Origin: Limisphaerales bacterium | GTDB lineage: Bacteria; Verrucomicrobiota; Verrucomicrobiia; Limisphaerales; CAIMTB01 | Assembly (NCBI GenBank): GCA_046155815.1 | Contig: JBJXFY010000210.1 | Coordinates: 1-39,688, forward strand | Direction: 5' to 3' | Length of the DNA stretch: 39,688 nt | Shown here: piece after piece, positions 18,536-28,810 of the stretch | How positions within the stretch are numbered: the first letter of the stretch is position 1 | How the letters are laid out: the number at the start of each line of letters is the position of its first letter | Position numbers and translations under genes: made by a program | Notes under the pieces: generated by a model | Database searches by the model: none | Told to the model about the DNA's origin: nothing | What the model saw: only the letters and a program-made list of their open reading frames with translations

Positions 18536-18716
18536 GGCGGTTGGAAAAGCGCGCGGATCAACGCACCAAACGAAAAGGAATGCAACCGAAGCCGCCTGTG
18601 GCGGCAGAGGGCGCGGCGGTCCCGGTCGGGCCGGCGATCCGCCCCCCATCGGGGACCGGCTTCGAGGCGGGCCCATGCTTCCAATCGCGGCGGTACCGAA
18701 TCAAACGGGCGGGAGC

Positions 18717-19778
18717 CTAGGAAGGGAATGCCGGCGGTCGTGACAACCAAAGGGGCTCCGTCGGCGTCGCGGAATCCCGGCGGTCGAAGAGGAGCTCGAA
18801 GGACCGGTGGAGGCGCCGGACCACCAGGTCGCTCATCCCGGAGAAGTGGCTCAGTCTGGCCGGCAGCCGCTTCCGGCCGGTGGCCGCCTGGGCCACGGCC
18901 GCCACCTGCCGGAAGATGTGGTCCGGGTCGTAGAAGGAGAGCTCCACATGCGGCTCGGACGGGGTGGCCCAGCGGCGGGCGAGCTGGCCCCAGACCAGCT
19001 TGAGGACGGACACCCTCCTGTTTTGCTGCGGATCGCCGACCAGCGCGCGGCTGACGCGGACCGTGCGCAGCCAGCGGCTCTGCGTGGCGTCCAAGTCGAG
19101 GCCGACGATTTCCGAGATGGCGCGGGCGTACGCGACGCAGCCTGCGCCCTCGAGGTAGCGCGGGTGGCTGGCCAGCCCGCCGTAGATCCGGTCATTCCCC
19201 TTCTCCGGGTACTCCTTCAGGTAAAGCTGGAGGCGGAAGGCGGACTCCTCCGAGATGAGATAGGACACCCGATGGACGCGCCCGGAACGCACCTTCCTCC
19301 GCATCTCCTGCTGCAGGACGCCCGCCGTTTCAAGGGTTCCCGGATAGTCGGACAGGACCATGCCGAGGCCGATCTGGTCCACCAGGAGCTTCTGCACCAC
19401 CTCTTTCCCCCGGTCGCTCATGCTCGCGAAGGAGTAGAAGGGGGCCTCGGCATCCTCGAAGCGCCGCGGTCCCTGAACCTCAACGGCCACATGCGAGATC
19501 TTGCGGTCGCGGGGGTGGAAGTAGTTGAACAGCGCGGAGAGGAAGAGCGTGCGTGGCGAAGCCCAGTTGATGCCCCACGGGCTGGAGAAAAAACAGAACG
19601 TGACGCGGTGCTCGCCGCGATAGAATCCGTCCTCGGGAATCTCCGGCCGGGGTGCGGGGGGGGAATGCCGCAGGCCGGCCAGTGCCGGCGCACGGGAGGC
19701 GACGCCCAGTAGCAGGGCTGGGCCGGGCGACAAGCCCGGGTTCACGGCGTGGGTGGCGGCTTTGGCGATGAGGCTCAA
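18717..19778 (-). CDS. Hypothetical protein (possible permuted papain-like fold)
   Basis: 353-aa ORF with globular-protein composition (GINWASPRTL, ISHVAVE, YGG...EGAGCVAY); fills the gap between two same-strand genes. Start uncertain. Confidence 0.65.
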   Translation of the reverse strand: MSLIAKAATHAVNPGLSPGPALLLGVASRAPALAGLRHSPPAPRPEIPEDGFYRGEHRVTFCFFSSPWGINWASPRTLFLSALFNYFHPRDRKISHVAVEVQGPRRFEDAEAPFYSFASMSDRGKEVVQKLLVDQIGLGMVLSDYPGTLETAGVLQQEMRRKVRSGRVHRVSYLISEESAFRLQLYLKEYPEKGNDRIYGGLASHPRYLEGAGCVAYARAISEIVGLDLDATQSRWLRTVRVSRALVGDPQQNRRVSVLKLVWGQLARRWATPSEPHVELSFYDPDHIFRQVAAVAQAATGRKRLPARLSHFSGMSDLVVRRLHRSFELLFDRRDSATPTEPLWLSRPPAFPS

Positions 19779-19863
19779 GCGGTACGAAAACTCCCAGCGG
19801 AGGCGGCCGCCGGGTTTGCGGTCGGCGGGGGATGAGCCGGGTGCCGGCCGTCTGGTGGTGCCA

Positions 19864-21099
19864 TTACGAGCCCTTGACGTCGAAGCAGAACAGATGCTCC
19901 TGGTCGCGCAGGTAGAGGCGGCCGCCGATGACGACCGGTTGCGGCCAGATGCCGCCGCGGGGCGCGCGCTTCTCGGAGAGGGGGCTGAGCTTGAAGCGGC
20001 TCTTCTCCTTCCAGCCGGCGGGCGACGCCTCGACGAGGGCGACCTCGCCCGTGCGTTCGTCGAGGCAGTAGAGCATCCCGTCGGCGAAGTGGGCCGCGCC
20101 CTTGCCCAGGCTCTTGTCCGCCCAGACCTCCTCGCCCGTCTTGAAGTTCTGGCAGATCCAGCCGGGGCCGTCCGAGTAGCCGTAGAGGTGGTCGCCCACC
20201 AGCACCACGCCGCCGTGGTGGTTCTTCATCACCTTGTTGTCATAGACCACGGTGACCGCGTTGTCCGCGCCGAGCTTCACCAGCTTCGAGCCGATGCCGT
20301 AGCCGGCGGTCACATAGACGTGCCCGTCGTGGAAGATGGGCGTGGGGATGACCGCGACGCGGCCGGCAAAATCCGCCTGCCACAGCACCTTGCCGTTCTC
20401 CGGGTCGAGGCCGAAGAAGCGCTTCTCCACGAGCTGCACGACCTGCGGACGGCCCGCGTGCCGGATGAGGATGGGCGAGGCATACTGTGCCGCGTCCGTC
20501 AGCTCCGTGCTGCGCCAGAGCACGTCGCCGGTGAGCTTGTTCAGCGCGGCCATCGTGCCCTTGGACCCGCCGGGCGTGCAGAGGAGGCGGTCGCCCACGA
20601 CGAGCGGCGACTCGGTGTAGCCCCAGTTCTGGAGCCGCCCTTCGAGGTCCTTCACGAGCGACTTCTGCCAGACAATCTTTCCGTCCGCGGTGCCGGCGCA
20701 GATGAGCAGGCCCTGTCCGCCGATGGCATAGACGCGGTCGCCGTCCACGGTGGGCGTCATGCGCGGGCCGTCACCCCAGTCGTTGGGATACTTCGGGCCG
20801 GCGGGCGCGGTCCAGAGTTCCTTGCCGTCGTTGGCGTCCAGCGCGATCAGCAGCTCCTGGTCGCCGCGCAGGCCCATGGTGAAGAGGCGTCCGTCCGCAA
20901 TCGAATGGCCGGCATAACCCAGCCCCGTGTCCTTGAAGTGCCAGACCAGCTTCGGGCCACCCTCGGGCCACTGCTTGAGCAGGCCGGTGTCGGGCGAGCG
21001 TCCGGAGCGGTCCGGGCCGCGCCATTGTGGCCAGTCGGCGGCGGGGACGAGGTGGGCGGTGCAGACCAGGACGCACGCGGTGGCGAGGAGGCGGATCAT
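19864..21099 (-). CDS. PQQ-like beta-propeller repeat protein (BamB-like, PVC-expanded family)
   Basis: Signal peptide, DWPQWRGPDRSG, repeated DGKELW/DGKIVW/TGDVLW/NGKVLW, C-terminal GRLYLRDQEHLFCFD. Confidence 0.92.
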   Translation of the reverse strand: MIRLLATACVLVCTAHLVPAADWPQWRGPDRSGRSPDTGLLKQWPEGGPKLVWHFKDTGLGYAGHSIADGRLFTMGLRGDQELLIALDANDGKELWTAPAGPKYPNDWGDGPRMTPTVDGDRVYAIGGQGLLICAGTADGKIVWQKSLVKDLEGRLQNWGYTESPLVVGDRLLCTPGGSKGTMAALNKLTGDVLWRSTELTDAAQYASPILIRHAGRPQVVQLVEKRFFGLDPENGKVLWQADFAGRVAVIPTPIFHDGHVYVTAGYGIGSKLVKLGADNAVTVVYDNKVMKNHHGGVVLVGDHLYGYSDGPGWICQNFKTGEEVWADKSLGKGAAHFADGMLYCLDERTGEVALVEASPAGWKEKSRFKLSPLSEKRAPRGGIWPQPVVIGGRLYLRDQEHLFCFDVKGS

Positions 21100-21236
21100 G
21101 GCGGAGGACTTAGCTTGGGCAAGGTGCGGAGGATGCGGACGGGTGCAACCGGAGAAATTGGAAAGAAGAGGCAGCCTTCCGCCCGGTATGGCGAACACTG
21201 TTGCCGACGAAACGCCTCGTCATCGGCCGGGCGCCG

Positions 21237-22193
21237 TTAGAGGCCCGCGGTGCGGCGGATGATCTCCCGCAGCGGCGTGCGCGGGCGAAAGCCGGTGGCG
21301 CGCTCCAGCTTCTCCAGCGACGGCCGGCGACGCTGCATGTCCTCGAAGCCCGGCGCGTAGGCGGCGTCGTAGGGCACCAGCTCGAGGCGCGAGGATGACT
21401 TCAGCTCCGCGATCACGAGTTCGGCCAGTTCGCGGATGGTGACCTCCTCGTCGCCGCCCACGTTGAAAACTTCACCCACGGCCGCGGGCAGCGCGGCCAG
21501 CCGCAGCAGTGCCTCCACGACGTCGTCCACGAGACAGAAGCAGCGCGTCTGCGCGCCGGAGCCGAAGACGCGCAGCGGCGCGCCGGCGCGCGCGGCCTCC
21601 AGGAAGCGCGGCAGCACCATGCCGAACCGCCCGGTCTGGCGGGGCCCGACGGTGTTGAAGAGGCGCGTCACGATCACGGGCACCCCGCGCTCGCGCCCGC
21701 AGGCCAGCGCGAGGAACTCGTCCAGCAGCTTCGAGCAGGCGTAGCTCCAGCGGCCCACGCTCGGCGGGCCGACGATGAGGTCGTCGTCCTCGGAAAACAC
21801 GGCCTTCGCGCTGCGGCCGTACACCTCGGAGGTGGAGGTGATGAGCACGGGCGTGCGCCGGTCCGCGGCGGCGTCGAGCACGGCGCGGGTCTCGGTGAGG
21901 TTGTTCTCGATGGTGGCCAGCGGCGACTGCACCACGAGGTCCACGCCCACGGAGGCGGCAAGGTGGAAGGCGAAGGACGCCCCTCGCACGAGGTCGGGCA
22001 GCTCAGCGCAGGAGGACACCCGGCCACGCACGAGCCGCAGGCCGGGATGCGCGCGGACGGCCGCGAGGTTGGCCTCCGCGCCGGTGCTGAGGTCATCGAG
22101 CACCACGACTTCGCGGCCGGCGGCGAGCAGGCGGGCGACGAGGTGCGAGCCGATGAAGCCCGCGCCGCCGGTGACGAGCACGGGGCCGTTCAT
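21237..22193 (-). CDS. NAD-dependent nucleotide-sugar epimerase/dehydratase
   Basis: LVTGGAGFIGSHL, TSTSEVYG, YACSK, RLFNTVGPRQ. Confidence 0.93.
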   Translation of the reverse strand: MNGPVLVTGGAGFIGSHLVARLLAAGREVVVLDDLSTGAEANLAAVRAHPGLRLVRGRVSSCAELPDLVRGASFAFHLAASVGVDLVVQSPLATIENNLTETRAVLDAAADRRTPVLITSTSEVYGRSAKAVFSEDDDLIVGPPSVGRWSYACSKLLDEFLALACGRERGVPVIVTRLFNTVGPRQTGRFGMVLPRFLEAARAGAPLRVFGSGAQTRCFCLVDDVVEALLRLAALPAAVGEVFNVGGDEEVTIRELAELVIAELKSSSRLELVPYDAAYAPGFEDMQRRRPSLEKLERATGFRPRTPLREIIRRTAGL

Positions 22194-22211
22194 GTGGGGA
22201 AACAGGATCGG

Positions 22212-22347
22212 ACCGCGAAGGAGCGCAGAAGCGAAGGACAGACATGCTGAAACCGGCACGCCCGGGCGCGCCGGTGGATTTCACGCCGTGCGGACGGACG
22301 GCCGTTCTTCCAGCCTGCTCCGCTTCGCGCCTTCGCTGCTTCGCTGT
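22212..22347. repeat. REP-like imperfect inverted repeat of 8-bp GCGAAG-containing units
   Basis: ACCGCGAAGGAGCGCAGAAGCGAAG versus reverse complement ACAGCGAAGCAGCGAAGGCGCGAAG (20/25 by hand count), with an internal hairpin at 22252-22275. Confidence 0.55.
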
Positions 22348-22370
22348 TGGTTCCCGTCATGGCTTCCATG

Positions 22371-23720
22371 TCACGCGGATCCGGCTCGCGGCCGGGCGGG
22401 CACGAAGGCCTCCTCGTCGTGGCGCGGCAGCTCGCGCACAAGAAGTCCGACGGTGCGGTCGAGCGCGCCGCGGTTCTGGGCCACGACACCGGCGGCCCGG
22501 CGGCCCAGCTCCGCGCGGCGTGCCGGATCACCGAGCAGTTCGTCAAGGGCGCGCTCCAGCGCGGCGGCGTCCGACACCTGCACGATCGCCTGCGTCTCGA
22601 GGAACTTCGGCAGCACTTCCGGAAAGTTCTGCATGTTCGGCCCGACGACCACGGGCAGGCCGAGCGCGGCGGGCTCGATGGGGTTCTGCCCGCCTTCGCC
22701 GAGCAGGCTCTTGCCCACGAACACGAGGCTGGCGTGCTCATAGAAGAACCGCAGCTCGCCGGTGCTGTTCACGACCAGGCAGTCGGGCGGGCGGGCCACG
22801 TAGTCCTGGCTGAAGCTGAACTCGCTGCGGAACACGTATCGGATGCGGCGACGGCCGAGCTGGTGGCCCACCCGTCGCGCGCGCTCCTGGTGGCGCGGAA
22901 CCAGCACGAGGAACAGCCCTGGATGCCGCGCCTTGAGCCGCCGGTGGATTTCCGCCAGCACCGCCTCCTCGCCCTCGTGGGTGCTGCCGGCCACCAGCAC
23001 GGGCGCGCCGGCTTGGACGCCGAGGTGACGGAGGATTTTCTCCACGTCCACCGGACGCGTCGCAGTGGGCGGCGGGGCGTCGAACTTGAGCGAGCCGACG
23101 ACCTGCACCACCTCCGGCCGGCAGCCCAGCTCGACCAGCCGCCGCGCGTCGCGCTCGCTCTGCGCGCAGACGCCGGCGAGCTGCGCGAAGAGTCCACGGA
23201 AAAGGAACCCGAGGCGGCGGTAGCCCCGGAAGGAACGCTCCGAGATGCGTGAGTTCACGAGGAACACCGGCACGCCGCGGCGCCGCGCGTACCACAGGAA
23301 GTTGGGCCACAGCTCCGCCTCGACGAGCACGACGGCCTCGGGGTGGACGACGTTGTGGGCGCGCTGCACGTACTTCCAGCGGTCCACCGGGTAGTAGATC
23401 TTCTCGACGTGGCTGGGGAGCTGGTCGCGCAGGCGGCCCATGCCGGTCGTGGTGGTGGTGGAGACGACCATCTTCACGTTGGGCAGGCTGGCCTCGAGGG
23501 CGGCGACGAGCTTGGCGGCGAGGTTGGCCTCGCCGACGCTGACCGCGTGGAGCCAGAGGACGTTCCGGTTCGTGAGGGATTGCTTGAGCTTCGAGCTGTA
23601 ATGGCCGAACCGCTGCCCAAAGCCGCGCTGCCAGTCGCCGCGGCGCCACAGCCGGAAGAAGTAATAGGGCGCGCTCAGCGCGAAAAAGACCAGGAACAGG
23701 ATGTTGTAGGCGGTGCGCAT
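22371..23720 (-). CDS. waaA: 3-deoxy-D-manno-octulosonic acid (Kdo) transferase
   Basis: WLHAVSVGE, STTTTTG, VEAELWPN, GSLKFD, AGSTHEGEE, VPRH, GGQNPIEPA. Confidence 0.95.
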   Translation of the reverse strand: MRTAYNILFLVFFALSAPYYFFRLWRRGDWQRGFGQRFGHYSSKLKQSLTNRNVLWLHAVSVGEANLAAKLVAALEASLPNVKMVVSTTTTTGMGRLRDQLPSHVEKIYYPVDRWKYVQRAHNVVHPEAVVLVEAELWPNFLWYARRRGVPVFLVNSRISERSFRGYRRLGFLFRGLFAQLAGVCAQSERDARRLVELGCRPEVVQVVGSLKFDAPPPTATRPVDVEKILRHLGVQAGAPVLVAGSTHEGEEAVLAEIHRRLKARHPGLFLVLVPRHQERARRVGHQLGRRRIRYVFRSEFSFSQDYVARPPDCLVVNSTGELRFFYEHASLVFVGKSLLGEGGQNPIEPAALGLPVVVGPNMQNFPEVLPKFLETQAIVQVSDAAALERALDELLGDPARRAELGRRAAGVVAQNRGALDRTVGLLVRELPRHDEEAFVPARPRAGSA

Positions 23721-23869
23721 CAGGGCGGGGACAACCTCGCCGCGGATCATGCTTCATGTCCCGCGCGCCGACAACTGTTCGTCACGGGAAAGCCACGTGA
23801 TCATGGGCGCATTTTTGCCCTGAACGCCGCCGGTGGGCCGTGCTGCCGCACGTGGCCTGCCGGGGCGGA

Positions 23870-24358
23870 TCAACCGCCCTTCGCCGGCTTCCGGGCGGCC
23901 TTCCCCCTGGGCGGCCGGTTCGCCTCGTAGTGCGCGATGAACTTCCGCGCCGGCATCCGGCGGATCGCCTCGCCGATCACCTCCAGCGCGAGGTCTTCGG
24001 TCGTCTTGAAGCGGATGCAGCACTTGCCCATGTCCAGCCGCTTGCCGGTTTTCGCCCACGCGGCCTTGAACCAGCGCTCGTCCTTCGAAGGGCCGTACAC
24101 GCAGCCGAGGTAGACGGACAGGTAGTTCTTCTGCGCCGCGAGATCGGCGAACGGCAGGGGCTGCCGCGGGTCGCAATGGTAGCCGGGCGGATACACCCGG
24201 TGCGGCACGTAGTACCCGATCATGCCGTACTGCATCCCCTCCTCATACTGCGGGTCGAGGTTCCTGAGGACCACCGCGCGCACCGCCTCGATCGCCGTGC
24301 GCCGGTCTGCCGGCAGCGATGCCAGATACTCCGCCACGCTGTTTGCCTTGCTGGTCAT
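23870..24358 (-). CDS. DUF1801 (YdhG-like) domain protein
   Basis: SVAEYLASLP, YEEGMQYGMIGYYVP, LAAQKNYLSVY, LDMGKCCIRFK. Confidence 0.85.
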   Translation of the reverse strand: MTSKANSVAEYLASLPADRRTAIEAVRAVVLRNLDPQYEEGMQYGMIGYYVPHRVYPPGYHCDPRQPLPFADLAAQKNYLSVYLGCVYGPSKDERWFKAAWAKTGKRLDMGKCCIRFKTTEDLALEVIGEAIRRMPARKFIAHYEANRPPRGKAARKPAKGG

Positions 24359-24485
24359 GGTTCGGCGCAGGCTGGCAGGGCCGGGGCGACGCGACAAGGC
24401 GACGGGGCCGCAATCAGGACGCACCGGCCGTCCGGTCGCTCCGCGCTATTGAGCGGGGCGGGAGGGGTGTTACAACTCGCGCGCC

Positions 24486-25508
24486 ATGTCCGCCCCCGAG
24501 GTTCCACCGGCCGCCGCCCTGCGGCTTGAACGCGCGCTCGAGCGCGGCCGGCTCGGGCACGGGTGGCTCTTCACCGGGCCCGAGGAGGCGGCGCTGGCCG
24601 CCACGGCGCGGCACCTGGCGGCGCTCCTGGTCTGCGCGCAGCCGCCCCGGCGCGCGGCCAACGGCCTGCCGCTCGCGGCCTGCGGATCCTGCGCCGCCTG
24701 CCGCCGGGTGGCGCTGGACGAGCATCCCGACGTGGCCTGGGTGCGGCCGGAGAGCAAGACGCGCGTGGTGCGCGTGGAGCAGGTGCGGGAGCTGATCCGC
24801 CTCATGCAGCTCAAGCCGGCCGAGGCGCCGCACAAGCTCGGCATCGTGGCCGCCGCGCATCGCATGAACGAGGAAGGGGCGAACACCTTCTTGAAAACCC
24901 TTGAGGAGCCGCCGCCGCGCACCGTGCTGGTGCTGCTCTCGACCGAGCCGGACCGGCTGCTCGAGACGATCCGCTCACGCTGCCAGCGGCTGGCGCTGTC
25001 GGACACGGGCGGGAATGCCGCGGCGGGAGCGGCCTGGCTGGCAGGCTTCGCCTTGGCGGCGGCCGGGACGGGGAGCTCCCTGCTCGACCGGTACCGGCTG
25101 TTGGACGTGCTGCTGGCGCACCTGAAGGCGACGCGGGAAACGGTCGCGGCGGAACTGGGCGCGCAGTCGGCGCTGGAGCGTTACGACGACCTTGATCCGA
25201 ACCTTCGGGAGCATTTCGAGGGCGAGCTGGCGGCGGCGATCGAGGGCGAGTTCCGCCGCCGTCGCGGGGACGCGCTGGCCGCGCTCGAATGGTGGCTCCG
25301 CGACATCTGGCTGCTGTGCCTCGCGCAGGCGGAGGGGCTGCTGAGCCTGCCCGCGCTGGCGCCGCACAGCCGCGTCGTGGCGCGGCGGCTCCAGCCCGCG
25401 GACGCCGACGCCAACCTCGCCTCCATGGCCGAGGCCCGGCGCCTGCTGCACACGAACGTGCAGGAGGCGCTGGTGCTCGAGGTGGCGCTGCTCAAGCTGA
25501 AGCTGTGA
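24486..25508 (+). CDS. holB: DNA polymerase III subunit delta'
   Basis: RLGHGWLFTGP, C..CGSCAAC Zn module, HPDV, ANTFLKTLEEPP, TIRSRCQ. Confidence 0.92.
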   Translation: MSAPEVPPAAALRLERALERGRLGHGWLFTGPEEAALAATARHLAALLVCAQPPRRAANGLPLAACGSCAACRRVALDEHPDVAWVRPESKTRVVRVEQVRELIRLMQLKPAEAPHKLGIVAAAHRMNEEGANTFLKTLEEPPPRTVLVLLSTEPDRLLETIRSRCQRLALSDTGGNAAAGAAWLAGFALAAAGTGSSLLDRYRLLDVLLAHLKATRETVAAELGAQSALERYDDLDPNLREHFEGELAAAIEGEFRRRRGDALAALEWWLRDIWLLCLAQAEGLLSLPALAPHSRVVARRLQPADADANLASMAEARRLLHTNVQEALVLEVALLKLKL

Positions 25509-26827
25509 AGCCACGTCCTGATCCGGCGGCGGGCCATGCGGGCGCAGCGCTGGCCGGGCTGTTCGGCCTGCTGCTCGGGGTGGCGCTGCTGAAGCTCGGC
25601 AATCCCGTCATCCTTGACCCTCTGATCGAGACGCCGGGGAACCTTGCCGAATGGCGGGCGTTCGCCTGGCCGGTGCGCTTCGGCCATCTCGGCCTGGCCC
25701 TGGTGCTCGTGGCCGCCGTGCCGTTGCTGCGCTGGCCGGCGGGCGTGCCGCGCTGGTGGCCGGGGGCGCTGGCGTTCTGGCTGGGGTGGCAGGTGTTGGC
25801 GGCGCTGGCGACAGGTTGGCCGATGGCGACGCGACTGGTGCTGCCGCATTTTCTGGCGTGCGGGGTGTGCTTCGCGGTCGGGCTGGCGGCGCTGGCGCGG
25901 GTGCCGGAGACGCGGGTGTTCTTCCTCTGCCTCGCGGCGGCGCTGGCGGGCGTGATCGCGCTGGGCTTCGAGCAGCATTTCGGCGGCCTGGCGGCGACGC
26001 GCAGGATGATGATCGAGCAAAGCGGCGGGCAGCTTCCCCCGGAGATGCTGGCCCGGCTGGAGCGTGGACGGATTTTTTCAACGCTGGTCTATCCAAACGC
26101 CTTGGCCGGGGCGCTGCTGCTGTTGTTGCCGGTCGCGCTGGTGACGGCATGGCGGATGCTCGAATCCCGGGGCCCGCGGCTGGCCGGCGCCGCCGCGGGC
26201 ACACTCGGCCTGGCGGGGCTGGCCTGCCTTGTCTGGTCGGGCTCGAAGGCGGGCTGGCTGCTGGCGTTGGGCCTGGGGGCGCTGGCGGGCTGGCGGGTGC
26301 CGGTGGCACGGCGCTGGCGCGTGGCGGCGCTGGTGGTGGCGCTGGTCGCGGGGCTGGCGTTCTTCGTGGTGCGCTACCGGGAGCGGCTGGCGGACCCGAC
26401 GAGCGTGGTGGCGCGCCTCGAGTACTGGCGCGCGGCGGCGCGCGCGGCGGCGGCGCGCCCGCTGTTCGGGCTCGGGCCGGGCGGCTTCAAGGACTTCTTC
26501 GCGCGGACCAAGCCGGCGGAGGCGGAGATGGCGCGGCTGGCGCACAACGACTTTCTCCAGCAGGCAAGCGACTCCGGGCTGCCCGGCGCGCTGGCCTACG
26601 CGGTGTTCGTGGCGGGCGGGCTGGCGTGGCTGGCGCGGCGCGCCTGGCGAGATGGCGACCTGCGCCAGCGGGCGGTTTGGCTGGGGCTGCTGGGGTGGTT
26701 TGCCCAAGGGCTGGTGGAGTTCGGGCTGTACCTGCCGGCGACGGCCTGGACGGCGTTTGCACTCTTCGGCTGGCTCGCGGGCACGGCTGCGGCGGGTGGC
26801 GAGCGAAAAAGTTGGGCGGCGAAATGA
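25505..26827 (+). CDS. O-antigen ligase (Wzy_C) family membrane protein
   Basis: Polytopic; STLVYPNALAG, SGSKAG, RLEYW, PLFGLGPGGF, AHNDFLQQASDSGLPG. GTG start overlaps the holB stop. Confidence 0.88.
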   Translation: MKPRPDPAAGHAGAALAGLFGLLLGVALLKLGNPVILDPLIETPGNLAEWRAFAWPVRFGHLGLALVLVAAVPLLRWPAGVPRWWPGALAFWLGWQVLAALATGWPMATRLVLPHFLACGVCFAVGLAALARVPETRVFFLCLAAALAGVIALGFEQHFGGLAATRRMMIEQSGGQLPPEMLARLERGRIFSTLVYPNALAGALLLLLPVALVTAWRMLESRGPRLAGAAAGTLGLAGLACLVWSGSKAGWLLALGLGALAGWRVPVARRWRVAALVVALVAGLAFFVVRYRERLADPTSVVARLEYWRAAARAAAARPLFGLGPGGFKDFFARTKPAEAEMARLAHNDFLQQASDSGLPGALAYAVFVAGGLAWLARRAWRDGDLRQRAVWLGLLGWFAQGLVEFGLYLPATAWTAFALFGWLAGTAAAGGERKSWAAK

Positions 26828-26834
26828 AATCGTG

Positions 26835-26862
26835 TTGCGGGCGGGGCGACTGTTTCTAGACT
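26835..26862 (+). promoter_or_regulatory. Candidate sigma70 promoter of glnA
   Basis: TTGCGG-N16-TAGACT, about 115 nt upstream of the glnA ATG. Confidence 0.35.
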
Positions 26863-26977
26863 CGCCACCGCTTTGTCACCGCCCCGCCAATCCCGCCTCC
26901 CAACCATCCACTGAAGGACGTTGGCGGCGGATGTCCTCCGCGCGCGCGGTCCAGTCCCTCAACCCCGTATTTCACCC

Positions 26978-28393
<1,416 letters not shown>

Positions 28394-28401
28394 GCCGGAG
28401 A

Positions 28402-28810
28402 TTGTCCACGGGGGCACCCCGTCGCGGGGTGCCTTTTTTCGCCGCGCGATCGTGACAAGGCTGTCATTTCCAAGCATTTCGAGCCTGTGAACAACTCGGG
28501 GACAAGTGCCAAACATGTTCTGCTCGCGTAACCAGCCCCGCGGCCCTAAGAAGCCCGCCGCTCGAAACGCCGCCGCTCGGTCGAACGCCGTTCCCGTCCT
28601 TGCCCGGCCATTTCGGACCTCTATTTCAACCATTTGATGGAAAACATGTTGCGCATTTTTATCGCGATTGAAACGGCGTTTGGCCGCAGATTTCCGGCCC
28701 GGGCCGGGGCGTGCGGCCGGGCCGTCTTTCCGTCGTTGTGCAACGATCACGCACGCCCGTCTTGGCGTCGTGAATAAAACCGCCGACGACACCTCCGCGC
28801 GGCAACCTAC
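28402..28810. promoter_or_regulatory. dnaA upstream region with degenerate DnaA boxes (autoregulatory region / oriC candidate)
   Basis: TTGTCCACG (28402), TGTGAACAA (28486), CGGGGACAA (28497), CGTGAATAA (28769); AT-rich tract about 28610-28675. Confidence 0.5.
28413..28439 (+). terminator. Rho-independent terminator of glnA
   Basis: GGCACCCCG-TCG-CGGGGTGCC followed by TTTTTT. Confidence 0.9.

Noticed and set aside
24449-24477. Possible holB promoter TTGAGC...TACAAC
   Set aside because: The -10 match lacks the conserved final T; too weak to call.
24486-24620. Degenerate Walker A in HolB (GPEEAALAATA) as a pseudogene sign
   Set aside because: Delta' is a non-catalytic clamp-loader subunit and often has a degenerate P-loop; the Zn module and SRC motif are intact.
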